10,432 nucleotides of DNA from an uncultured Oligoflexus sp. (GTDB taxonomy: Bacteria; Bdellovibrionota_B; Oligoflexia; Oligoflexales; Oligoflexaceae), in NCBI GenBank assembly GCA_964236955.1, contig CAXSGP010000134.1:1-10432 (forward strand), read 5' to 3'. Position 1 is the stretch's first letter; the number at the start of each line of letters is the position of its first letter. This document shows positions 1 to 7,125 of the stretch, piece by piece. The position numbers and the translations under genes were made by a program. The notes beneath the pieces are model-generated. The model saw only the letters and a program-made list of their open reading frames with translations, was not told the DNA's origin and made no database searches.

Positions 1-175
1 GAAAAAAATGCTCATTTATGGGGAATAAACTCCGCTTTTTTTCTGCCTCGCGCCTGACCATCCCGATGTTCGGACAGACACTATCTATACCGCAGAGCAA
101 TCGAGAGGTCGAGTCCGAGCACCGGGGGAAAAAGGGGGAAAGGTGGGGACGCGCAGGACTTCAGCGCTGCAAGGC

Positions 176-1510
176 CTACTGAAGGACCGCGATCCACTCC
201 AGCTTGTCCGTATAGGGAAACATGTCAAAGCACTCTAATTGACGGAGGCGTCGCCCGCCCTGGGTCAGTTCCTTTAGATCGCGTATCATGGTGTCCGCTT
301 CACAGGAAACGTAGAGAAAACGAGCCTCAGGCTTGTTTTCCAGACCTTCTTTGATCATAGCCCGGGCCGCAGGGGCCAAGCCCCGGCGTGAAGGATTGGC
401 AACAATTACAGACGGCTTTTCTGACCAGGTCGGAAGTGCGCCCACTAAATCTTCGACGCGAGCCGCTCGATAGTCGGGACAGTTGTCGGTGAATTGATTG
501 CGAGACGCATTGGCAAGCGCATCATCGATGGCAAGTGGGTTTTCTTCGATGCCGAGGGTTCGATAGCCGTGCTCAGCAAGTAAGAGTGAGATTTGACCCG
601 TTCCACAGTAAAGGTCCCAGGCGACATCACCCGAGCTTGCGGGTCCGGCCAAAGATTCCACACGGCGATAGATCGCTTCCGCCTGCCAGGGGTTGATTTG
701 AAAGAAACTGCTTGGGCCGATTTCAAAGATGATGCCGCAAAGTGATTCACGGAGGCCATTGGCACCCACCAATTTTTTCGTATTTTGGCTAAAGATGGTA
801 TTGGTTCGCTCGGAATTTATGTTGATGTGAGCGGAGACAACGATATGCCCCTTCTGCCGAAGGCGCAGGATCATCGCTTTGAGTTCGATGCGATGCTTTT
901 CTTCCGTGACGACAAAGGTCACCATAATTTCTTCAGTCAAATGCGCAGCCCGCACCGCGATATAACGCAGGTCACCGGTATGCGAGCTTTCGCTATAGGG
1001 TTTGAGCGACGACGCCTCCAGTTCTTCATGAAGATCGGGGATAAAGGCGTTGATAGAATTTCTATGCAGGGGACATTCGGCGTGATGAACGACGGTATGG
1101 GATTCAGGCTGAAAAAGACCTATCGCAAAGCGTTTGCCGCGGGCTAATCGAGATTCGGGACCGGGTCGAACGGCGAGTTTCGCGTGCGCCCTATAGCCTT
1201 GGATACGTGGTGAGCCTTTGACATCGATAACGGTCGTATCGCTCAAAAGGCCTGCCGATTCGAACTTAGCGATGGCCTGCTCATATTTTGTTGAAAGTGT
1301 TGTCTCGTATGGCGTTGCCATATCGGAACAGCTGCAGCAGCTGGCCATGCTTTTGATAAGTTCAGGGGCGGGAGCAGCAACTTTGCCTTGATTACGACTG
1401 TGATCCTTCTGCCAGCGGTCGCTGCGGAAGATATTGGACTTGGGTTTGTTCGAAATGTCGGCGGCCATAGGCTTAACTTCGCTTTCGGATAGGTGATTTT
1501 CAGTTTTCAA
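176..1510 (-). CDS. rlmD: 23S rRNA (uracil-C5)-methyltransferase, RlmD/RlmC (TrmA) family
   Basis: Motifs: SFFQIN, SAM-binding WDLYCGTG, GIEENPLAIDDA, NPSRRG (DPPR-like), catalytic YVSC and C-terminal FDMFPYT..LE. CCSC plus ECPLH suggest Fe-S ligands. The start is uncertain (TTG at 1510 or the later ATG of MAADIS). RlmD versus RlmC specificity is unresolved. Confidence 0.88.
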   Translation of the reverse strand: MKTENHLSESEVKPMAADISNKPKSNIFRSDRWQKDHSRNQGKVAAPAPELIKSMASCCSCSDMATPYETTLSTKYEQAIAKFESAGLLSDTTVIDVKGSPRIQGYRAHAKLAVRPGPESRLARGKRFAIGLFQPESHTVVHHAECPLHRNSINAFIPDLHEELEASSLKPYSESSHTGDLRYIAVRAAHLTEEIMVTFVVTEEKHRIELKAMILRLRQKGHIVVSAHININSERTNTIFSQNTKKLVGANGLRESLCGIIFEIGPSSFFQINPWQAEAIYRRVESLAGPASSGDVAWDLYCGTGQISLLLAEHGYRTLGIEENPLAIDDALANASRNQFTDNCPDYRAARVEDLVGALPTWSEKPSVIVANPSRRGLAPAARAMIKEGLENKPEARFLYVSCEADTMIRDLKELTQGGRRLRQLECFDMFPYTDKLEWIAVLQ

Positions 1511-1578
1511 AGTACTTCGGCCGCCAGTAATAACACTCTTAATCGGTCAGGGGAAACTTTTTTTTCGAAAAGGGGCTC

Positions 1579-2679
1579 TTAATAAATCCAGTCGTCACGG
1601 CCCATAGGAAGCCGCGCCTCGGCATCGGATTGACGTCGATAGACGCGCAGACCGAGCGTAGGCACCATCGCCTGCCACTGGTTCCATTCTTCCGTCAATG
1701 TTTTCACTGTGTAAGGCGTACTCGGTGATTTGGAGCCCTTCGAATAGGTATAGGGCCCCATCAGGTAGACCGATGTGTGACGTATCCACTTGAAATTTAT
1801 CGTTTTAGATGCTGCTTCGGGCACCTGGAAGAAGACCAGAAGGTCGCCAAATTTTAGGGGACTGTGGCGGGGGTCAACTTCATAGAACTGATTGGAGATA
1901 ACGCGCCATAGCTCATCGTAATTGATCATCGAACGGTGGTAGCCCTCTTCTTCCTTGATATTGATCTCAGGTGACTTTGGCATCTGCTGATCATAGAAAG
2001 AAAGAGACGCATGAAAGCAATTGGGGCCTCGATAGACAATAAATTTACCAGCCATTCGTTTCGGGAATGGCGGCAGCATATCATCGAGGGCCAGCTCCCC
2101 TCCCGCTCGAACCTTTCGACTGATTTTGGCCAATTGTTCCTTGGAAAGCAGAAAGGATAATTGGTTTTTGAGTTCATCCCACTGGCCTTCGCTGGCAGCC
2201 AGGTCACGGGTATTGAGACTTACGACATGGTTTTCCTTTTGCAGCTCGCGACCGAGCGCCTTGAGGCTCAAATAGCTGAGATCGTCGGGCTTGAGTTCGA
2301 TTTTAATCGAGTCTTTATTGCTTGGGCCGGCTTTTTTGATTTTGTTGAGAAATATTTCGAAAAGCTCCTCGGCCTTGCCGGATGCCGCTAACTTCTCTGA
2401 TAACTCTTCAAGTCCGGTTTCCGAACGCGGCAGAGTAAGGGCGACCGGCTCGATCGTCGGATCTTTTTTGGGATTGATGATTCTGATTTTTAGCTTTTTC
2501 TGCGGGATGGCGATCTTCTCGATCTCATCGCGCACCATCGGGGTAACACTTGCCTTGAGATCGGAGAGTTCTTTGGTAAAGGGTATATCATCAGCTTGAA
2601 ATTCGGTTACGGCCGCAGCCGGAACACTGAAGAGCAAGACGGTAAGGACCAACCCGAATCTAGCCTTGAATATACTCAC
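1579..2679 (-). CDS. Secreted protein with a putative C-terminal NlpC/P60-like (papain-fold) cysteine hydrolase domain
   Basis: 366-aa ORF with a GTG start after a GGAGGG RBS and a Sec-type signal peptide (MSIFKARFGLVLTVLLFSVPAAA). The C-terminal region has GPNC221F, then GDLLVFF, then H301TSVYL. The ORF is solid; the function is inferred. Confidence 0.7.
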   Translation of the reverse strand: MSIFKARFGLVLTVLLFSVPAAAVTEFQADDIPFTKELSDLKASVTPMVRDEIEKIAIPQKKLKIRIINPKKDPTIEPVALTLPRSETGLEELSEKLAASGKAEELFEIFLNKIKKAGPSNKDSIKIELKPDDLSYLSLKALGRELQKENHVVSLNTRDLAASEGQWDELKNQLSFLLSKEQLAKISRKVRAGGELALDDMLPPFPKRMAGKFIVYRGPNCFHASLSFYDQQMPKSPEINIKEEEGYHRSMINYDELWRVISNQFYEVDPRHSPLKFGDLLVFFQVPEAASKTINFKWIRHTSVYLMGPYTYSKGSKSPSTPYTVKTLTEEWNQWQAMVPTLGLRVYRRQSDAEARLPMGRDDWIY

Positions 2680-2940
2680 TTATGCCCTCCCCTTAGCCCA
2701 CGAATAAGGTCCTGCAAACAGCAGCAAGCACTCACTAATTTATTGTGCGCTTGGGACTGCTCAAGGCTTTCCCGATCTCACCCGTGGGAGAAGGGAAGCT
2801 TGTATCTTTATTCTATCAAAGTTCACTAGGCAATAAATTCAGGCAGCGTTCCGCCTATAATAGGTGCATGGGTGTAACGAGTCAGTGCACTTAATGCGAG
2901 GGAAAACCTCAATTCGTTTTCGACCGAAAGGGTAGAGCCA

Positions 2941-3735
2941 ATGACAATAGTTTTGATTGCTGATTCCTGCAAACCGAGCTTGGTCATGACGTCCGAAGTC
3001 TTTAAAGATAAACTCGCCGGCACGGTCGTCGATGTCGCCACAAGCGGTAAGGATACTCTCGATTATCTCGCCTTAAAACGTCCTGACCTCTGTGTCGTGG
3101 ACTTCGACCTGCCTGACGTCGATGGACCAGCGCTTATCGAAGCCATGCGTAAGATTTATTCGGGCCCCATACTCATGACTGCCTTCCCAAGCGATATCGT
3201 TAAAAAGGCCGTAGAGGAAAACCTATTTACCTGCAACGACGCCAGTGCCTGGGTCAACAAACCGGTAAACTTTGAAGATCTCTCGGAAAAGATCGATAGA
3301 TTTCTGGTCGGCAAATACCGGTTGGAACGTCGCTTCGATTCCGCCTTCCTCACGCAACTGGTCGGTAAAGCCACCGGTCGCGGCAAGCGTGCCCCTAAGG
3401 TTTCCGGCACCATCGTCAATATCAGTATGGGCGGAGCCTGCATTCGGCTCGAAGGTGGCTTAAAGGTCAAAAAAGCCCAGGAGCTTACCATGTCGATCGA
3501 GATGCCAAACGATCGAAATGCCGATACCAAGAAAAAAGCGGCGGCGACAGCAGTCAATGAGGCGAAGATCAAAGGTAAGGTGGCATGGACCAACACCCGC
3601 GGTGAAATCGGGCTGCAATTTTCTAAGCTCAGCGATGTTCAAAAGCGAATTTTGGAGAATTATTTCCGGCAACAGCTCAATCGTCTCCCGGCGCGTCCGC
3701 TGGCTACCAAGGCACCCATGGCAGCGAGCACCTGA
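2941..3735 (+). CDS. Response regulator: receiver (REC) domain fused to a PilZ c-di-GMP-binding domain
   Basis: REC motifs: VLIAD, PDLCVVDFDLPDVDG (phospho-acceptor Asp), ILMTA and NKP. PilZ motifs: RLERR (RxxxR), NISMGG ([D/N]xSxxG), KGKVAW and IGLQF. Confidence 0.88.
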   Translation: MTIVLIADSCKPSLVMTSEVFKDKLAGTVVDVATSGKDTLDYLALKRPDLCVVDFDLPDVDGPALIEAMRKIYSGPILMTAFPSDIVKKAVEENLFTCNDASAWVNKPVNFEDLSEKIDRFLVGKYRLERRFDSAFLTQLVGKATGRGKRAPKVSGTIVNISMGGACIRLEGGLKVKKAQELTMSIEMPNDRNADTKKKAAATAVNEAKIKGKVAWTNTRGEIGLQFSKLSDVQKRILENYFRQQLNRLPARPLATKAPMAAST

Positions 3736-3793
3736 AAGCATGTAAAGGTCTCACGATCAATTCCTACCTTTAGAGAAATGAGAGAGGTTTCCT

Positions 3794-4750
3794 TTGGCTG
3801 CACCCACCAAGTCCTTAGGCCATGCGAAACAGGGCGAGGGCTATTTTGAACTCATTGACTTCAATCTGGTACGCCGACTCTCGGATGGACGGGAGATACT
3901 CGGTACTTACGGCGTCAACGTCGTCAAGGTCCGCGAGGTCATTCATATGCCCAGCATCAACCCCCTGGCCTCAACGGTTGCGGGAATCGAGGGTATTTTT
4001 GAACTGCGGGGCATTCCCGTGCCCGCAATAAATCTCTGCACTATCCTGGGCGACGCTCCAGGCCCCCTGTCCTCAGACGATCAAATAATCGTGACGGAAT
4101 TTGCCAACAAACGAGCCGGCTTCATCGTTCATCAAACCAACCGCATACGCCGGGTGCCTTGGGATAAGATCCTGCCACCCTCTGCCGATAAAGCTTCCTC
4201 CATGACGGGCATGATGCTGATCGAGGACAATCAGTTTCTATTTATCCTCGACCTTGAACGCATCATCACCCAGCTTGAAGCCAAGTCGAGCGGACGTAAC
4301 ACCCTGGCTCTTGAAAGCCACGCTCTGCCACCTCTTTTGGTTCCCCAGCGGTCCGGTTTCCCAACCATACTCCTGGTCGATGATTCCACCCTGATCCTCA
4401 ATAACGTCGCCCGCTCGCTCAATGCGGAAGGCTACGGCGTGGTGCTGGCCGGAAACGGTGTGGAAGCACTTCAAAGGCTTGAGGAAGCCGATCGTGCTGG
4501 CTATCATATTGGTGGTATCATCACAGATCTGGAAATGCCGCAGATGGATGGCCTAACCCTGCTCAAAAGGGTAAGAAAGAGCGAAAAATACAACCAATTG
4601 CCGGTGTACCTCCATACCTCACTGAACGATACGGGCTCGCGGGAATCGGCGAAACTTCTGGGCGCCAATGAATTTTTTGTGAAAAACGATCTTTCGACAA
4701 TCCTTCGATATCTGAAATCCCAGTTGCTCGATGGTAAAATTTCAGCCTAA
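3794..4750 (+). CDS. cheV: Chemotaxis coupling protein CheV (CheW + receiver)
   Basis: The CheW domain shows YGVNVVKVREVI, GIFELRGIPVPAINL and IIVTEF..GFIV. The REC domain shows ILLVDDS, ITDLEMPQMDG, HTSL and GANEFFVK. The TTG start follows a GAGAGG RBS. Confidence 0.92.
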   Translation: MAAPTKSLGHAKQGEGYFELIDFNLVRRLSDGREILGTYGVNVVKVREVIHMPSINPLASTVAGIEGIFELRGIPVPAINLCTILGDAPGPLSSDDQIIVTEFANKRAGFIVHQTNRIRRVPWDKILPPSADKASSMTGMMLIEDNQFLFILDLERIITQLEAKSSGRNTLALESHALPPLLVPQRSGFPTILLVDDSTLILNNVARSLNAEGYGVVLAGNGVEALQRLEEADRAGYHIGGIITDLEMPQMDGLTLLKRVRKSEKYNQLPVYLHTSLNDTGSRESAKLLGANEFFVKNDLSTILRYLKSQLLDGKISA

Positions 4751-4768
4751 GCATGCGAGACACGGCTC

Positions 4769-5410
4769 ATGAAACCATCGGCAAGCAGAATGACCCTAGC
4801 TCTAATCGCGTTAACCCTTGCTTATGCCTTTGGACTCCAATTCCTTCCCCAAGCTCAAGGCAACAGCTGGCAAGCGATTGCTCTCCTCAATAGTGGGCTT
4901 GCGCTAGCCAGTCTCTTCCTGTGGAAAACCCAGGCGATCCCTTCACCCCGTCATAGGGATCGCAAAATAGCCTGGGCTTTGGGCCCCGCGCTATTTTCTG
5001 CTAATATTATCGCGATTATTTTTTCGCTAGTCAGCGACGGTCCGCCCCTTTCGACCTATTCCTTTAGCATTCTCGAAATCCTAGGCCTTTGCCTGTGGAT
5101 TCCCGTCATTGAGGAAATTATTTTTCGACGCTTTATCAGTGAATGGATTGGCCTTCATTGGGAAGATATCGGGTGCATCTATTTCTCGGGCCTGATCTTC
5201 GCTCTGGCCCATACAAGTCCACCGGTCAACCCCTGGCCACCGCTCGGGCCTTTTCTCCTTGGCTGCGCCTGCACATGGGCCTATCGGGCCAGTGGCCGCA
5301 TTCTGCCCCCTATCCTGCTCCATGCGGCCTGCAATCTGTCAGCCGTTCTTTTCACGGCTTTTGCTCCGTCATGGCTGACCCGTTTGAGTTGGCTCTATCA
5401 GAAGCTTTGA
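4769..5410 (+). CDS. CPBP (Abi/Rce1/CAAX type II) family intramembrane glutamic protease
   Basis: Multiple hydrophobic segments and the three CPBP motifs EEIIFR (EExxFR), FALAH (FxxxH) and HAACN (HxxxN). Confidence 0.88.
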   Translation: MKPSASRMTLALIALTLAYAFGLQFLPQAQGNSWQAIALLNSGLALASLFLWKTQAIPSPRHRDRKIAWALGPALFSANIIAIIFSLVSDGPPLSTYSFSILEILGLCLWIPVIEEIIFRRFISEWIGLHWEDIGCIYFSGLIFALAHTSPPVNPWPPLGPFLLGCACTWAYRASGRILPPILLHAACNLSAVLFTAFAPSWLTRLSWLYQKL

Positions 5411-5469
5411 CGTGTTTAAACCTTTGATCCTTTCTGTTAAGTTCGGATGGTTAGCTATAGGTATGAAAA

Positions 5470-5718
5470 ATGGATGATGAAAAAGAAATTCCAAAAACCA
5501 AAGAGGATCTAGCCCTGGAGAAGACCAAGCAGCTTCTGCGTGTTGTTTGCATCTGCAAGGGAATTCCTCTAGGCAAAGTACTTGATGGCCTTAAAGGCTG
5601 CGAAACCGTTCATGATGTCAATAAAAAGGTTGGGACAGGGTCGGGCGGTTGCCAAGGGGAACGGTGTGGACCACGCATCAAAATTCTTTTGAAAAAGTAC
5701 AAAGAACATAAGTCCTGA
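5470..5718 (+). CDS. Small BFD-like [2Fe-2S]-binding protein
   Basis: VCICKGI...GTGSGGCQGERCGPRI gives the CxC-x32-CxxxxC BFD-type ligand set in an 82-aa standalone ORF. Confidence 0.85.
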   Translation: MDDEKEIPKTKEDLALEKTKQLLRVVCICKGIPLGKVLDGLKGCETVHDVNKKVGTGSGGCQGERCGPRIKILLKKYKEHKS

Positions 5719-5742
5719 ACGTTCTTATTTTGAATTTTGAGG

Positions 5743-5771
5743 AAAAGGCCTGCTTTTTGCAGGCCTTTTTT
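5743..5771. terminator. Bidirectional Rho-independent terminator
   Basis: AAAAGGCCTGC-TTTTT-GCAGGCCTTTT(TT) is a perfect 11-bp inverted repeat with A and T tails. It lies between the convergent stops at 5718 (+) and 5795 (-). Confidence 0.88.
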
Positions 5772-5794
5772 ATTTCGTAATGCAAGCCATCAGC

Positions 5795-6364
5795 CTAGGT
5801 ATCGGCGACTTTCGTCTCGTCGAGAAAAGGAAGTACCGCGTGTAGGTTATCGATATTGGCAAAGGGATTGCTATGCATTTCATAGCGTGAGGAAATTTGA
5901 AAGCCGCGAATTTTGGCATTGATCGCACAATCGATATCGGTAGCCCGATCGCCGACGAAAAAACTTTTCTGCCAATCAATGGCAAAATCTTTGCCGGCTT
6001 GCTCTAAGAGCGCCGTACCTGGTTTGCGGCAGTTGCAAGTCTTGGCATAAGCAGGAACCTCGCCGAAAGGATGATGGGGGCAGTAGTAGAAAGCATCTAT
6101 TTTCGCACCGCTTTCCGCTTCGACCCGTCTGGCGAGTTCCTGGTGAAAAGTTTTGACATGATCTTCGTTGAAAAAGCCGCGAGCGACGCCAGCCTGGTTA
6201 GTGATAACGATCAGAAGATAGCCTCTATCCTGCAGCTGCTTTAGGGTCTGCGCTACCAGCGGAAGCAAAATCAGGCCTTCCGTCTTATAGACATAACCCG
6301 TATCTTCGACAAGAACGCCATCACGGTCGAGAAAGGCTGTAGGTTTACTATTTCTTGTGCTCAT
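5795..6364 (-). CDS. gmhB: D-glycero-D-manno-heptose 1,7-bisphosphate phosphatase (HAD IIIA)
   Basis: HAD motif I FLDRDG, ITNQAGVARG, Zn-binding CPHHP...CNCRKPG and FVGDRATD. Confidence 0.92.
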   Translation of the reverse strand: MSTRNSKPTAFLDRDGVLVEDTGYVYKTEGLILLPLVAQTLKQLQDRGYLLIVITNQAGVARGFFNEDHVKTFHQELARRVEAESGAKIDAFYYCPHHPFGEVPAYAKTCNCRKPGTALLEQAGKDFAIDWQKSFFVGDRATDIDCAINAKIRGFQISSRYEMHSNPFANIDNLHAVLPFLDETKVADT

Positions 6365-6623
6365 TTAACCACCGGCGATCGGCCTCTAAAACCGCGAAGT
6401 GACAACTTAGACTCAGGATCTTTCGATACTGACCCCCCACATCGACATTCGGTGCATCAGAGGCATTCAGATAATTGATCTTATTTATTTGTTTTTCAAT
6501 TTCCCAAAAGTCATTAACCGGCATCAAAAGTTCAACTATTTTACCGATGGCCGCATAGGCATCGGTTGTTTTGCTTTGGATAAAGATCTGCTTTTTGCCG
6601 CAGACGAGAAATTTTCTGATCAT
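6348..6623 (-). CDS. Small hypothetical protein (~91 aa)
   Basis: The ATG at 6623 follows a GGGGGAG RBS, which is preferred over the TTG at 6635. The ORF fills the gap and overlaps the gmhB start by 17 nt, consistent with an operon. No family recognised. Confidence 0.65.
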   Translation of the reverse strand: MIRKFLVCGKKQIFIQSKTTDAYAAIGKIVELLMPVNDFWEIEKQINKINYLNASDAPNVDVGGQYRKILSLSCHFAVLEADRRWLNEHKK

Positions 6624-6751
6624 GGGCTCCCCCAAACTTACGTTCAGGGATTGATCGGCAGAAAGCCGTCAAGGTATGAGACGACCCGGCTAAGGGAAAA
6701 CCACAAACCCTGGTAGTCTATGCCAAAAAGAGCCTTTCTTTATTGATCCTT

Positions 6752-7033
6752 TTATTTCGTTTCAACAGCCGCTTCTTCGGTCGGCTCATTGAAATCGTTC
6801 ATCACGGATTTATAAATGCGCTGCCAAAGACTTGCATCTTTCTTCAACCAGGCTTCGAATAGCTTGCGAGCGGCACGATTGACCATGGCAGTTTGCAGAA
6901 AGTATTCGGCAAAGGGCTTTGAGTCCTTGAGATTTTTAAGCGCTTCGATATGAACGGGAAGCACAAGGAGCTCGACGCCACGGGCTCTGAGAATAAGCGA
7001 ATTTTGTATCGGATACAGTTCTACAGCTTGCAC
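6752..7033 (-). CDS. Small hypothetical protein (93 aa)
   Basis: GTG start 5 nt after a GGAGAG RBS, protein-like amphipathic composition with an acidic tail, and co-orientation with its neighbours. No family recognised. Confidence 0.72.
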   Translation of the reverse strand: MQAVELYPIQNSLILRARGVELLVLPVHIEALKNLKDSKPFAEYFLQTAMVNRAARKLFEAWLKKDASLWQRIYKSVMNDFNEPTEEAAVETK

Positions 7034-7125
7034 GTATGCTCTCCAAAAACGAGTCTAAGAAATGTATTGAACTCGACGGACCCGATCTCTTATATACGGA
7101 AGAAAATCGGTGGCCAACTCTTAAG

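Noticed and set aside
40..62. Minus-strand GGTCAGGCGCGAGGCAG resembling the SRP RNA core
   Set aside because: It lacks the CCGGAAGGAAGCAGC helix-8 tetraloop motif, so it is not called SRP. A 6S call for 43-158 was also withheld because the bubble is one-sided.
124..148. G-rich tract GGGGGAAAAAGGGGGAAAGGTGGGG as a G-quadruplex
   Set aside because: Only three runs of three or more G, and part of the tract is better explained by the hairpin.
445..2829. Alternative ORFs at 445-765, 785-1147, 1595-1789, 1926-2207, 2161-2391, 2291-2599 and 2596-2829
   Set aside because: Shadow or out-of-frame ORFs overlapping well-supported genes, with no motifs or convincing RBS.
2856..2930. TATAAT at 2856-2861 and a sigma28-like ACCGAAAG at 2923-2930 upstream of REC-PilZ
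   Set aside because: Neither has a credible -35 element at the right spacing.
3743..3772. Inverted repeat TAAAGGT-N16-ACCTTTA upstream of cheV
   Set aside because: Only 7 bp, AT-rich and without a U-tail; compatible with chance.
2826..5427. Overlapping ORFs such as 2826-3041, 3156-3596, 3460-3741, 4238-4507, 5081-5323 and 5143-5427
   Set aside because: They lie on or against the REC-PilZ, cheV and CPBP genes and look like antisense or frame artefacts.
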